Origin: the human T2T-CHM13v2.0 reference genome, Homo sapiens
Strand: one strand, 5' to 3'
NCBI RefSeq assembly: GCF_009914755.1
Contig: NC_060940.1
Length of the DNA stretch: 64,000 nucleotides
A program made the position numbers and the translations under genes. Of this stretch, positions 21,739-42,585 are shown piece after piece. The notes under the pieces were generated by a model. It searched no databases and was not told where the DNA came from. It saw only the letters and a list, made by a program, of their open reading frames with translations. Every line of letters begins with the position of its first letter. The stretch's first letter is position 1.

Positions 21739-21880
21739 GGAAAAATTTCTCATACACTGTATTCTAAATGTCCTATTTTTCTATCGGCTCTTTTGCCTTA
21801 GAAATAGAGACACTCGTTGCATCTTCCTTTGACAACCTTTTTTGGAGGGTCCATGCTGCGCATTTGGCCTTGCCCTTTAA

Positions 21881-22288
<408 letters not shown>

Positions 22289-22789
22289 CCTCATCTGGTC
22301 TTGTTGGCAGCTTCCTCACGTCTTCTGCAGCCTTGTCGATCAGCCTGCAGTGCCATGGTGGTGGCGGCAGCACTGCTGCTTCTGTCCCGGCACTCCCTTC
22401 TTTCTTTCTGAGGGCTCAGCTACACACTTAAAAGAATGTTGGTTATTTTATCCAGAATTTCTTTATGATTATTTTGTCTTTCATATTTGGTCCCCCATAT
22501 TGTCAGAAATGGAATGTTTCCAGTTACTTCTTTTTTGTTTTTTGTTTGTTTGTTTGTTTTGGAGAGAGGGTCTCGCTATGCTGCCCAGGCTGATCTGGAA
22601 CTCCCGGGTCCAAGTGCTCCTTCTGCCTCAGTCTCCTGGAGTAGCTGGGACTATGGGCTTGCACCACTGTGCATGATTAAGATTACTTCTTAACCTATTA
22701 TCATCAGACTTGCACCTCCACAGCTTTACAGATGCTGTTCTTCAAAAACCATTGGTAACTGGAGCAACTGCCAAATTCCATGGGTGCTG

Positions 22790-23070
22790 TTTCAGTTAGG
22801 ATGAGCTCCAATCACAAGTGATGAAATACAAAAAATCAACCATAAAGATGCTTGATTTTTCTAACATAGGTGGTCCCAGGGTCAGTTTGGCAACTCACTT
22901 CTATTGAGAACTTATGTTTTTCTGTCCTTCCACTCTGCCATCCCCAGAATGTCAGTGAAGATTTTTCACCTCATCGTCACATGATGGCTGCCTCCCATGA
23001 CTACATCAGAGGAGCAAAAGGTGGGCCAGGCACAGTGGCTGAGAGAGGTCTGTAAGGAAGAAGTCCTTTT
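22790..23070. mobile_element. Old MaLR LTR fragment (MLT1J/K-like)
   Basis: TCAGTTAGGAT..., TCTTCCACTCTGCCATCC-like and CACATGATGGCTGC motifs typical of old MLT1. Confidence 0.5.
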
Positions 23071-23125
23071 TGCTTGCCACCTTTTGCTACTTTTTGCTAC
23101 TTTGCTACTTTTTTTTTTTTTTTTT

Positions 23126-23770
<645 letters not shown>

Positions 23771-24131
23771 CAGTTTCCTATATTGGGCAGAATAGGGGAG
23801 TGGGGCGGGAGGTAGAAGTGAAGTTCAGGTTTAGACAAATAGAGGATTCACATCTTTGCACACTTGAGTTTGTGTGACTCTGGAATTTTGCATCTGCCAG
23901 ATCTGTTTATGATTCTGTTGCCTTTAACAGACGACAGGCACCTCAAGAACAGAGATGTGGCTTTATGCATTTCTTTAACATGTCTTCCCTCCCTTCCATC
24001 TTTCTCAGTGCCTAGTACGAGACCTGCAGCATGTTAGGTGCTCTACAAAAATATTTGTTTAATAAAAGATCGAGTGAATGAAAACATGAGCAAAGGAGGT
24101 TACTACAATGGGAAGAAACAAACTTAACCGA

Positions 24132-24388
24132 TTTTTTTTTTTTTTGAGACAGAATCTTGCTCTGCAACCTCCACCTCTGGGTTCAAGCAATTCTCCTGCC
24201 TCAGCCTCTCAAGTAGCTGCGATTACAGGTGTGTGCCACCATGCCCAGCTAATTTTTTATATTTTTAGTAGAGATGGGGTTTCACCATGTTGGCCAGGCT
24301 GGTCTTAGAACTCCTGACCTCAGGTGATCCACTCACCTTGGCCTCCCAAAATGCTGGGATTACAGGTGTAAGCCACTGCACCCCGCCA
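24132..24388 (-). mobile_element. AluS with internal deletion
   Basis: CTTGCTCTG joined directly to CAACCTCC. Confidence 0.88.
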
Positions 24389-24461
24389 AACCCAGCTGAT
24401 TTTTCAGTCGATTTAACTGTATCCTCATTAAGGGAAGAAATGGAGAGATGTACATATGTAT

Positions 24462-24495
<34 letters not shown>

Positions 24496-24499
24496 CAGA

Positions 24500-24535
<36 letters not shown>

Positions 24536-24540
24536 CAGAA
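24462..24540. repeat. (GA)n / GACA compound microsatellite
   Basis: Direct reading. Confidence 0.95.
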
Positions 24541-24549
24541 GGGAAATAT

Positions 24550-26040
<1,491 letters not shown>

Positions 26041-26738
26041 GGATTTTCTTTTTTATTCACATACCTTTCTGTCTCCCACTGATTTTTCTTAGGAGTTCCT
26101 CTCATCCTCTAACCTCGCTTTTTAAAATTATTTTTCTGGATACCTAGATTTTTGTCCTTTCTGGCCAGAGCCTGAAAGAACAGCTTCTAAGGACTTGGTG
26201 ATTGGAAATGTACCTTCTAAAAAAAATTCTTTTTTCACTAAGACAGTGTAGAATGCCCAGTTCCCGCTGTGTGTACGTGCGTGCACATATGTGTTAAAGG
26301 AGATGGATACATTGCTTGGGGCCATCAGAACTGTTTCCTGGGAGGTGGTTTCTTGGCTCCACACCCCAGCTCAGCAAGGGAATGATCAAGTGATAGGAGG
26401 CACAGTTACAGCAGTCAGGAGACAAGGCACTCGGACCCCAAACGTCTGACTCTCTGTGGGAGAAACCAGGGCTCAAAGCAGGAGCAAAAAATCTAGTGCT
26501 GGATGCGCTCGGGCATCGAGAGGCATCTCGTAGAGCTGGCTCCGAGTTTGAGGCCACACCTTTGCAGAATGAGGCAGCATGTGAGCGATTTAGTTCAATG
26601 TAATTGCAGTGGAGATGGACAGGGAGAGGACAGATTAGAATGATGTTTAAGGGATAGAAATAACAAGTCTTGCAGATATATTACATATATTAGTTGAACC
26701 ATGGGGAAGCCAAATGTGAATTGTGAAATTATGGCAGT

Positions 26739-27068
<330 letters not shown>

Positions 27069-27224
27069 TCATGGCAGTATCTGTAGCCCCAGAGAAAGGA
27101 GATGGTGGCTGTGTCAAAAGCTTTTGGTTCACTGTCATCTGAGCTATACCAACGTCTGTTCGGCAAGAAACTTTTAACAACGACAGAGCAGAATCCGCCG
27201 AGTGACTCGATGACAGGGTGCTAT

Positions 27225-27370
27225 TTCTATCTCCATTTCCAAGATGGAGAAACTGAGGCAAGGAGCAGCTCATTAGGTCACTTGCTTAAGGGCACTCAGC
27301 TAATAAGTGATAGAGCTAGGATTTAAGCCCAAGCAGTTTTCTCCAGCGTCCACACAGTTAACCACCAGAC
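27225..27370 (-). mobile_element. MIR fragment
   Basis: CCATTTCCAAGATGGAGAAACTGAGGC...CTTGCTTAAGGGCACTCAGCTAATAAGTG (MIR core). Confidence 0.75.
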
Positions 27371-27391
27371 AGCTTCGAAAGAAAGCTATCC

Positions 27392-28068
27392 AGGCTGGGC
27401 GCAGTGGCTCATATCTGTAATCCCAGCACTTTGTGGGGCCTAGGCGGCTGGATTGCTTGAACCCAGGAGTTCCAGACCAGCCTGGGCAACATGGCAAAAC
27501 CTCATCTCTACAAAAAATACAAAAAAAAAAAAAAATTAGCTAGGTGTGGTGGCATGCACTTGTAGTTCCAGCTACTCAGGAGGAGGATAGCTTGAGCCCA
27601 GGAGGTCGAGGCTGCAGTGAGCCATGATTGCGCCACTGCACTCAGCCTGGGTGACAGAGTGAGACCCTGTCTCAAAGAGAAAAAAAATAGCTGTCCAACA
27701 GTTGCCATGTGACAGTTTGTGCAAGTTTGGGGCTACATTTGTGAACGAAACAGAGACACTCTATTCTCATGGGGTTTATAGTCCAGTGGGGAAGGCAGCT
27801 ATTAAGTCATCACACAAGATGATATATTGTTTCAAAGTGGGGCATTTGCTAAGAAGGAAGGTAATAAGATATGATAAGAATATATAACTGAAGGCCGGGA
27901 GTGGTAGTTTACACCTGTAGTCCCAGCTACTCCAGAGACTGAGACAGGAGAATTGCTTGGACCCAGGAAGGAGGCAGAGTTTGCAGTGAGCCGAGATCGC
28001 ACCATTGCGCTCTAACCTGGGTGACAGAGTGAGACTCTGTCTCAAAAAAAAAAAAAAAAAAAAAAAAA
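27392..28068 (+). mobile_element. AluJ (27392-27688) and Alu right monomer (27893-28068) within L2 relic
   Basis: Sense Alu motifs; monomer flanked by GAAT(A/C)TATAACTGAAG. Confidence 0.88.
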
Positions 28069-28326
28069 GGAATCTATAACTGAAGACATACTTCAGTTGC
28101 GGGGGCATAAAAGTGGGGACAGAGTTGGTCAAAAGAGGCCTCTCTGATGATGCAATTTTTAAGTTGGGGTGTGAGAGAGGGGTAAGGGTCAACCAGGTGG
28201 CGTGTGTGAAGGCCTTGAGGAGGGCAAGGGCTCAAGAATGCTGGTGGACCAAACACATTGCATGTTTCAGACTGTGTTAGATGAGGCCATCCAGATTATG
28301 TGGAGCTCCAAAGCCCTGGCTAATGA

Positions 28327-28746
<420 letters not shown>

Positions 28747-28799
28747 TAAGTAGGGAAGGAGCATACTTGGATTTGCAATACGAAAAAATGAACACAAGA

Positions 28800-29260
28800 G
28801 GTATATCAGTTTTTCTTGCATTACAGACCACCTCAAAGCTTAGTGGCTTCAAACAACCATCACTTATAACTCCTAACTCTGTGAGTTGGAAGTGGCAGCT
28901 GGGATCATCTGGGCACTGCTGCTGTCCTGGCCTGGGTTCATGGCCAGTATAGATAGTCTGCTGGCAGGTTGGTTCAGAGTTGGTTGTTCGTGGATGATCT
29001 CACCCAGGTGTCTGCTGATTGGCAGGGGCAATTGAAATTGACCAGGCCACGTGTCTCCCTAGCTAGAGGGCTAGCCCAGTCTTTCATATGACAGCTGGGT
29101 TCCAAACGCAGCAAGAGAAGGGAAGCCCCAGTACACAAGCATTGTTCAAGCATTTGCTTGCATCGTGTTTGCGAGGCCCCGTGGGCCTAGACAAGTTACG
29201 TAGTCAAGCCCAGAGTTAGAGGATGGAAAAAGATACCACTTGTTGGGTGGAGGTACAAAA
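28800..29260 (-). mobile_element. MLT1-type MaLR LTR
   Basis: ACCACCTCAAAGCTTAGTGGCTTCAAACAACCA... and AAGTTACGTAGTCAAGCCCAGAGT motifs. Confidence 0.65.
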
Positions 29261-29685
29261 TATTGTGTCTCTTTTTCTCAGACTACTACATGAATTCAAA
29301 AGGCTAATAAGCTGGACACTGTCTCCCTCTAATATTGGGAGAAACTGAAAGCCAAGAGGAAATTTGAGGCCAATTTTGTGATTAGAGATACCCTCAGAAC
29401 TATCATCTATCAGACTTTGCTTTTTGCTTGGAACAAGCACGGGTCTGTTTTGGATATGGATTAGAAGGTGGGTGTGGTGAAATAAGATCTCTTCTCACGG
29501 GATTTTTTTGGGAATGACTTGGAGTCTTTTGAGATTGTTCCCCGTAATGAAATTTGGGCCATATGGAACTCAATGCCTTCAGTGTTCTAGGCAAGGCAAG
29601 AGCACATGCAAAGGCCCCCAGGCAGGAAGCCTGGGGCTTATTTGGGAAACAGAAGGAAGGCAATTTAATTTAAAGTAATTGCAGT

Positions 29686-29983
<298 letters not shown>

Positions 29984-30641
29984 TTAAAATAAATTAATTG
30001 CAGGGGAGATGGAAAGGGAGTGGACAGATGAGAATAATGTGTAAGAGGTAGAAATAACAAGTCTTGCTGCTGGATCACATAGAGTAATTGAAGGAAAGGC
30101 ACATATTAGAGAAGGCTCACAGGTTGATAATTCCATGTACTAAGATGGAAAGAAAGACTAGGAGAGGAGAAGAGTATTTTGTTGGGGGAGAGGGCAGGAA
30201 GATGTCAACCATTCCGTGCTGAGCCCAGTAGACTTGAGATCCCGTGAGACATCCAGAAAGATATACCCTAGACAGTGGGATATGCTCAAAGAGGTTTAGA
30301 CTTCATATGTAAATTTGGAGACCAGCTGAGATCACTTAGAGAGTGTAAAGAGAGAAATCAAAGAGAAGTGAGACTAGAACTCCAGGCTGCCCACCATTTA
30401 GAAATCAGATAATGGAGGCATCCATGCAGGAGGTGGAAAGAGGAGGGAAATCGGAGTGTGGGCTCATGAAGCCAAGAGGGCAGAATATTTCAGGAAGGAG
30501 AAAGTGACCAACTGGGTTGAATGTTGCTGAGACGCTGAATAAAATCATCATCTTGGAGAGGGGGAATGAACATTCTAAAGTGAGCAGAGGGTTGCTGGGC
30601 AGAGTGCTTACTGAGAACCCAGAGCATGTGTTTCAAGTTGT

Positions 30642-31270
<629 letters not shown>

Positions 31271-31546
31271 TTTAAAAGGTATTGTTGCTTAACTCCTAAA
31301 TACATAAGGGAAGGTAGTTCTCTTTTGCTTATTAATTTTTTAGGAGAAAAAGGCATACAAATTTATTAATGTTCATAAACACAGAAGCCACGCAAAATAT
31401 GAGATTCTGTTATTTCTATCTTGACAACAGTCAGAAAATATACTCTATATGTTTTTATTCTTTGATATTTGTTAAGAGACTCTTTTTGACCCAGCATATG
31501 GTCAGTGTGGGCAAAGCTTCCATATGCACTTGAAAATAATGTGTAT

Positions 31547-31830
31547 GGCCAGATGCGGTGGTTCATGCCTGTAATCCCAGCACTTTGGGAGGCTGAGAGG
31601 CGGGTGGATCACCTGAGGTCAGGAGTTCGAGACCAGCCTGGTCAACATGGCGAAACCCCGTCTCTACTAAAAATGCAAAAAATTAGCTGGACATGGTAGT
31701 GCATGCTACTCAGGAGCCTGAGGCAGGAGAACCGCTTGAACCCTGATGGCAGAGGTTGCAGTGAGCCGAGATCATGCCATTGCACTCCAGCCTGGGCCAC
31801 AGAGTGAGACTCCACCTCAAAAAAACAAAA
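31547..31830 (+). mobile_element. AluSx-like inside a minus-strand L1M ORF2 relic (~31400-32010)
   Basis: Sense dimer; flanks encode SSAYGSFAHTDHMLGQKESLNKY (L1 endonuclease C-terminus). Confidence 0.88.
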
Positions 31831-32017
31831 TGTGTATTCTGCAATTGTTGGGTATAAAATTTTATATATGTTAGGCCAAACTTGTTAATCATATTGTGCA
31901 AGTCTTCTGTAACCTTCTTGATCTTTTGTGTGTGCGCTTGTTTTCTCAGTAAGAGAGAGAAATGTGCCAAAATCTTTAACTGTAATTATAGATTTATCTA
32001 TTAGTTTTTTTGAGCAT

Positions 32018-32324
<307 letters not shown>

Positions 32325-32381
32325 TAATTTAATAATCCTAATGCCTAGTGTGATTGTGTGATTAAGAATTATGCTTCTTTT

Positions 32382-32416
32382 ATTGCTTCTTGGCCTTTTG
32401 ACTCAGATCAAATATG
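32382..32416 (+). pseudogene. 3'-truncated U2 snRNA retropseudogene (5' ~33 nt)
   Basis: ATTGCTTCTTGGCCTTTTGACTCAGATCAA vs U2 ATCGCTTCTCGGCCTTTTGGCTAAGATCAA (26/30); 18-bp TSD AAGAA(T/A)TATGCTTCTTTT at 32364-32381 and 32417-32434. Confidence 0.88.
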
Positions 32417-32459
32417 AAGAAATATGCTTCTTTTATTAATTGTATTATTTATACAACAA

Positions 32460-32640
32460 ACTTATATAGCACTTACCCTGTGTCAAGTATGTTATTACTA
32501 AAAGCTCATGTAATCCTCATAACAACCCCAGGAGGTAGGTATTGATATTATACCCATTGCAGAGATGAGGAAACTGAGGCATGGAGAGACTAAATAACTC
32601 ACCCAGAGTCATGTGCCTTGTAAGTGGTCAAGCCAGGCTG
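32460..32640 (-). mobile_element. MIR
   Basis: TAATCCTCATAACAACCC...CCCATTGCAGAGATGAGGAAACTGAGGC. Confidence 0.85.
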
Positions 32641-32786
32641 TGTTATCTCTCCTCTGTTCTTCAGCTACGCCTGCTGAGAATGAAACAGTTCATATCCACG
32701 GATGAGGAGGGCATCCTATCCCCTGCACAGTTCTGGAGATGTGTAGAAGACATTTGATTTTATCTATGCCTCTTAATTTGAATTAA

Positions 32787-33118
32787 TTTTTTTATTTTAT
32801 TTTATTTATTTATTTTGAGACAGAGTCTCACTCTATCGCCCAGGCTGGAATGCAGTGGCATGATCTCAGCTCGTAACCTCTGCCTCCCAGGTCCAAGCGA
32901 TTCTCGTGCCTCAGCCATCTTAGTAGCTGGAATTACAGGCGTGCGGCACCACACCCGGCTAATTTTTGTGTTTTTTTATTTGTTTATTTGTTTGTTTTGT
33001 AGAGATGGGGTTTCGCCATGTTGCCCAGACTGGGTCTTGAACTCTCAGCCTCAAGTGATCTGCCCGCATCAGCTTCCTAAAGTGCTGGGGTTACTGGCGT
33101 GAGCCACTGCGCCCAGCC
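32787..33118 (-). mobile_element. AluS
   Basis: Antisense dimer. Confidence 0.9.
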
Positions 33119-33539
33119 CATGCTTTTTTCAAGGCTGTGACTGAGCCACCTTCTGTTAGGAGTAATTACAGAAAACATCAATTGAACACTTTGCATGTGC
33201 CAGCCACTGAGCTAGGTATTTTACCTAGTGGTATATCCTATTTTCTAAACAGTACCCTACTCCTGGTAGGCTCTCAGCAACTATTTGTCAAATAAATGTG
33301 GAATGACTTTAATCCCCATAGCTTTATGGTGTAAATATAATTATGATTCCCATTTTACCGGTGAAACAACTGAGGCCCCAAGTAGTTGACTTGCCTAGTG
33401 AATGATCTGTAGACAACAGCAGTGTGATTATATCACCCAGCAAGTACACAAGATGATCTATTAGGGTGAAGAAGGAAAACAATGGGACCTCTATTTATAT
33501 GTATTCCTTATATCATTCCTTTTACTTTCCATTTCATGA

Positions 33540-33826
33540 ATTTTTTTTTTTTTTTTTTTTTTTTTGAGACAAGGTCTCACTCTGGCATCCCGGCTGGAGT
33601 ACACTGGCGCAACCATGGCTCACTGCAGCAAGCCTCCCACCTCAGCCTCCTTGAGTAGCTGGAACCACAGGCACATGCCACCACACCTGGCTATTTTTTT
33701 TTTTTAAGTAGAGATGGGGTTTCACCATGTTAGCCAGGCTAGTCTCAAACTCCGGGCCTCAAGTGATCCACCCACCTCGGCCTCCCGAAGTGCTAGGATT
33801 ACAGGTGTGAGCTACGGTTCCTGGCC
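33540..33826 (-). mobile_element. AluJ
   Basis: Antisense dimer with poly-T. Confidence 0.88.
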
Positions 33827-34756
33827 AATGTTTTTGTAATATACTGAATAGTACAGTAGTTCATATATAAAAGCTATAAATAATAAGTAAATACACACAT
33901 TTGCAGAGATACAGGCTTAAAATGCATACCACTGAAGTGAATTTTCGAAAGAATTTTAAAACCATTGCTCTAAACCACTACTCTGTACTTTTTCTTCAAA
34001 GAGAATGTAACAGATTGATTTATAGCTTTCTTAATTGCCATGAGAACTAAAGATACATTCTTGCTGCCTTGATTGGGCTGTTTTCTGAGTATCCATAGAC
34101 AATATCCCCAGCATCGCTTGGAGTTAGTGAATTTAGAAAATTCACCTATTATCATCGTGGGTCTCACTCTCAGAGATTAAATTGGAGAAGGGAAAATAGA
34201 GAATGTATTCTCTTTGTGTCATGAATTTAAGTAGCTGCTATTATAGATGCAATAAGAATTAATTCTGTTCCCCTACTGCCTGAGAATAACATTTGAAGGT
34301 AAGAAATTGCCTGTTCATTGAGGCATAAGTCAATAAGTAGAGTCAACTAATGATAGAGCAGGGAACAATCAGATACAATGTAGTAAATTATGTTCTGTCA
34401 TAGTGTAATTCTTAATAACTGAGCTGTCACTCTAGACATGTTCACATTTTTGTCTGGAGAATGGAAAGAAATAAAATTTTAGCTACATTACAGACAAGGT
34501 AAAAATCCTGGGATGTAGGTGGAAGGAAAAACTTCACAGAAAATACTCTTGCACTGGAAGATGAAGGGTGAGTGAAAGTTCATCAGGATGACAAGGAGAG
34601 GAACGTCAGAGAATGTCCCTGACACGGGGAACAAGACAGCCACGGGTACAGGGAGGAAAGGTCAGTTGTACAGGGTGTGTGTGTGAGAGACCGCAGGAGC
34701 AGATGTCAGAGAAGCTGGGCAGGAATCATGGTATGGACATTCAGAACTAGACAATA

Positions 34757-35052
<296 letters not shown>

Positions 35053-35074
35053 CTATATGAGCTTAGGATCATCA

Positions 35075-35270
35075 GATCCCTGCTTGTCCTTGAATTATCA
35101 TACTAGCTTCGTGGCATTGAGCAAGTACTTCTGCAAGCCTCAATTTCCCTATCTATAAATTCATAATAACAATCATTGTACCCACCTGTTAGGGTTATTG
35201 TGAGTTTGAAATAAGAGTATCCGTTTGCAATGCTACCTGACCACATGGGAAGGTCTCAGTAGAGGGAGGT
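35075..35270 (+). mobile_element. MIR
   Basis: TTGAGCAAGTACTT...GCCTCAATTTCCCTATCTATAAA...GGGTTATTGTGAG. Confidence 0.75.
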
Positions 35271-35403
35271 GGTATTGTTGGTAGTGTCGTTATAATGCTA
35301 GTCAAGGAAGTAGATTATGGAATGCCTTATATACCAAGTCAAAGAGTTTAGGCTTTCTTGGGTCACTGTTTCTAAAATGTGATGTTTGTTCATAAGTGGC
35401 TCA

Positions 35404-36045
<642 letters not shown>

Positions 36046-36233
36046 TCAAGTTGTTTAGCAGTTTCTGTTTCTATAAAAATAATTTTAAAAAAAACATGTG
36101 CTTAAGCATTTCACAAATTTGAAATAGAAGAAAGATTACCAAATACTGTTATGGTCTCAATAATGGTTCAAGGGTGCAGATGGTTCAAATTGGTCACATT
36201 CTTAACAATGTATAGTCAAAATTCAGTTACTAG

Positions 36234-36566
<333 letters not shown>

Positions 36567-36954
36567 TAGATCATTGGTATATTATTGTTTATATGTGTAA
36601 CGTGTGCATTTTTTCCTGTTACTATTATGTTATGGCTCTGATTAACAAAAATAGCTTAATCACTAAAAAGTGTTTCATTAGAGTATAAAAGCAATAGTAA
36701 AAATAGTACTACAAACACTGCGACTCGGAAGCATAATTAGTGAACAGGACTTCAGGATCTGCCAAGACAGAGCATCTGTGAATATGATGATTTCACCCCA
36801 GCAGCTGAAAGAGAAAGTGTGGATGGAAAGCAAGGCTATGAGTATCTGAAAATTGGATTTTTATTGAACAAGGGATTTATCTTCCTAGTGTCTCCAATGT
36901 ATATTGTATTAGAAAACTTTATCAGATAGCTTCCTGATGCTGTAGGACATTTCA

Positions 36955-37503
<549 letters not shown>

Positions 37504-38008
37504 CATCATAATAATTGCAAAGAGGACAAAACAGCAAAAGCAGATGCAAGCCATGCTGTTTTCAACATGCCTCCAAAACCAGCCCCAAATTTAGGACAAA
37601 CAGAACGCTAGGAGAGAAAGCAAAACTAGCCAGAAGCAAACCTGGTGACAGGGTTGTATGTGACATAGCACAAATGGCAATAACAGTTCTATTATATGGT
37701 GGAACTACCATTATTATCATGATGCCGGCCAATATTATATTTTACAGTTGAGTGAAACTACTGGCGGAAAAGGTAAGAACCAGCTCTTTTTATCTGTGCG
37801 GTACATAGGTGAATGAGAAAGACACAGTTGATCATTTCGAGTTCCAATTATCACTGAAAACCAAAATACAAAAGCAATTTTGTGTTTCACCTAACGTTGT
37901 TGTGTAAGATGGTGCAGTTTGGAAGTGTATTTGACATCATGCTAACAGAGGAACCGCTGTGCGTACAGCAAAGAAAATTTGGTGCATCAGTATCTACTGC
38001 TACAATAA

Positions 38009-38337
<329 letters not shown>

Positions 38338-38431
38338 TAAGAATTTATTTGTCTCATGAGTCTGCAGATCAGGCTGGGTCATTCTTCATGTATCAGCTGG
38401 GCTCACTCAGGTGTCAGTGCTCAGATGTCGG

Positions 38432-38930
38432 CAGGGCCCACTACAGAATTTGTGGAGCCCAGTACAAAATGAAAACACAGGGTCCCTTATTTAAAAATTA
38501 TGAAGAATTTCAAGGCTGGACATGGTGGCGCACACCTGTAATCCTAGCACTTTGGGAGGCTGAGGTGGGTGCTTGAGTCCAGGAGTTCAAGATCAGCCCG
38601 GGCAATATAGTGAGACCTCGTCTCTAAAAAAATTAAAATAAAATAAAATAAAATCAGCAGAGCATGGTGGCGTGTACCTGTAGTCCCAGCTATCGGGAGG
38701 GTAAGGTGGGAGGATTGGTTGAGCCCAGGAGTTGGAGGCTGCAGTGAGCTATGATCGCACCACTGCACTCCAGCATGGGTAAAGGAGCAAGACCCTGTCT
38801 CAAAAAAAAAAAAAAAAAAAAAAAAAAAGAATTTCAAGAGGATGGCAACAGCATTAGCATTAAAGCAAATGGTTCTTTTCTTAGCACTGGGCTCTATGCA
38901 ATTGCAAAGGTCATGCAGTGATGAAGCCAG
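38432..38930 (-). mobile_element. MER45A (hAT-Tip100) split by AluJ (38514-38828, + strand)
   Basis: CAGGGCCCACTACAGAATTTGTGGAGCCCAGTACAAAATGAAAA...ATGAAGCCAGCACTG; Alu TSD AAGAATTTCAAG. Confidence 0.78.
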
Positions 38931-39329
38931 CACTGGCTGTAGGTCACATACGCGGCTCTGCTGCTCTTGGCTGGGTTCTTTCACCTGTCTGGGCATCAGC
39001 TGGCTGTTGGCTAGCTGGGACAACTCGGGGTAAGTCCACTCCATTCCATGGGTCACATCCGTCAGCAGGCTCACCCACACGTTTCTTACCACACAGACAG
39101 AGGAGCAAGAGCACGCAAACCCAAATGTGCACGTGGATTCCAAATCTCTGCTCTCGTCACATTTGCTGACATCCCATTGGGTCACAGCAGGACACGTGGC
39201 CATCTCAGAGCAAAAGTGGGAGGTGCTACAGCATTATACAGCAGAGGGCATGAATACAAGGAGGGCTGAAGAAGGAGGGCCATTTTTGTCATCTACCTTC
39301 CTTGACTACTCAAAAATAGTTGCATCTGA

Positions 39330-39709
<380 letters not shown>

Positions 39710-40228
39710 TGACCTTAAGTGCTGACGAAGTAATACAAATTGTTATCACAATCAAACATCAGTCACCGAACAGAGGTCTTTTCTGAGTGTTTTGGGAAGA
39801 AATGGTTGATGTGTGCTAAAACTGTTTTTCCACCCCAGAGCATACTAGCTCTCCCAGGGGAAGGTGCTCATGTGAATAATTGAAGGAGGTGATGAGATTT
39901 CTTTATATAATACTAATAAGGCCATAAAAGACCAGAAATCATAGACCTGCTCCCTGTCATCCTTGTCATTATCTGTTTGGTGGAGAAATGTTATCTCTAT
40001 GATTTCAAGTAGTGTGTCAACACATTATGGCCAGTAGCTTGAAAAACTTGAACCCCTCATTTTAGGCCCAACATAATAGAAGATTCAGAGCTAAGGATAA
40101 AGTATCAGGAAATTGAACTGTGATGCACGAGGCTTTGTTGGCAGGCATTGACTCTTCCCTAACAGTTGATTTTCTTCATTCCATGGAGAAAGAAATCAAT
40201 TATTGAGCATATTTTAAAACCCCATGCC

Positions 40229-40785
<557 letters not shown>

Positions 40786-40811
40786 TTAAGTTTGTTTATT
40801 TTTATTCTTCC

Positions 40812-41145
40812 AGTACAGTGGCTCTCAGATACATATCTCTGACCCCATCTAAGAGATTCTAATTTATATGGTCTGCACTGTACTCTGGACACCAATAGTT
40901 TCTTTTCAACTTTTATTATAGATTCAGGGGTTACATGTGCAGGTTTGTTACAAAGGTATATTGCATGATGCTGAGGTTTGGAGTAAGAATGCCCTGGTAG
41001 TGAGCATAGCACACATTCAGTTTTTTTTCTCTTGCCCCAATTCCTCCCTCTCCCATCTTGTCCTCCCCAGGGGACACCAATATTTTTTAAACCCTCTTCA
41101 GATTGCTCCAATGTGCCACCAGGTTTCAGAATCGCAAATCTAGTG
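40812..41145. mobile_element. MER5A-like hAT MITE split by a short minus-strand L1PA15/16-type 3' end (~40900-41070)
   Basis: CAGTGGCTCTCA..AGAGATTCTAATT; L1 TTCAGGGGTTACATGTGCAGGTTTGTTAC; GGACACCAATA repeated on both sides. Confidence 0.7.
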
Positions 41146-41536
41146 GTCACTCTTGGTTTTTATTTGTTTTTAAAATGTTTTATATGTACAGAAATATAAC
41201 ACACACAGGAAAAAAAGAACATAAAGCAAACAAAGCTAAACATTTTTACATTGAGAAATGAAATATTGCCAGCACCCCAGAAGCTGCCCGCATGACTCAT
41301 TGCAATGTATCTGAAATTTCATAACAGATATCTTTCTATGAGAATCTAGACTTATTCTGCCTCTGTAGCCTTCCTTGGAGCAATTCAAGCCATAGCATAC
41401 TTTCAAGCCTTTTCCTGCTTGAACAACACTGAAATCTGATGAAATCGTAGCTCCAGATTTAAAAAATTTTTTTACATATACACATTCACATTTATGTAAA
41501 GCATATGTTTTACCAAGTTTTTTTAGATACTATTTC

Positions 41537-41839
41537 TTTTTTTTTTTTTTTTTTTGAGACGGAGTCTCACTGTGTCGCCCAGGCTGGAATGCAGTGGCAC
41601 TATCTCCGCTCACTGCAAGCTCCGCCTCCCGGGTTCACGCCATTCTCTTGCCTCAGCCTCCTGAGTAGCTGGGATTACAGGCACCCACCACCACGCCCGG
41701 CTAATTTTTTTGTACTTTTTAGTAGAGAGGGGGGTTTCACCATGTTAGCCAGGAAGGTCTCGATCTCCTGACCTCGTGATCCACCCGCCTTGGCCTCCCA
41801 AAGTGCTGGGATTACAGGCGTGAGCCACCGCGCCCAGCC
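41537..41839 (-). mobile_element. AluY
   Basis: GCAAGCTCCGCCTCCCGGGTTCACGCCATTCTC. Confidence 0.92.
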
Positions 41840-42585
41840 TGTTTTTTTTTTTTTTTTTTAATCTACAAATTCCTTTCTCTAGGATTTGCAGTGGTGTCAG
41901 AAGCTAAAGCATCAGTCCAGATGAGAATTCCATAAAGTTCAGGAGTAAATGTATGGCCCAACCAGGTAGTTTATATTCTAGAGATGGGACCCTGTATCCT
42001 TCTTGGTAGCTAAATATTATCTGGGGTACTGCTCACCTGCCGCAGCTTCTGTGGCTAACCCGAAGTGTCCTAGCTTGGAGGGCTACACATGTGGCTGTGA
42101 CCTGGAGCAGTCACTGGTGACAGCCTCTCCTTCTCCTCCCCTACATCAGCCTCGATTGTTTCGGAGGCCCTATTAAGAAAGGCTGTGCTTCACAATCCGG
42201 GTCAGCTTTCAAGTTCAGTGCCTTCCCCAAGCAAATTATTTATTCCCGTGTTCAAAAAGTAGCTCTGGGGTCTTCATCCTCAGAGCTTGATCATCCTGGA
42301 GCTACCAGGCAGAAGGGCGGCTTCTGACCCAGCTGGGGCCCTGTAAAATTAATTAATTATCTTAATGACTGCCCCGGGAGACCTCTCTCGCTCTTAATAT
42401 TTGTTTACTCTGATCTTGGATTTCCCGCAGGCTTCCTTGGGAAGAACTGCCTTCCCTCAGGAGTGTTTAGCATTGAATTTCTCTACCCTGGTTCTGCCAT
42501 TGATTTGACCCCTGATGTGTTCTTATAGGATTTCCTCACAACTTCTGATCTGCTAACAGGTCTCTTTCATGTTTTCTTTTCTTGC

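Noticed and set aside
38544-39203. Longest ORF (219 aa, minus strand)
   Set aside because: Crosses MLT1, MER45A and AluJ sequence; a chance open frame
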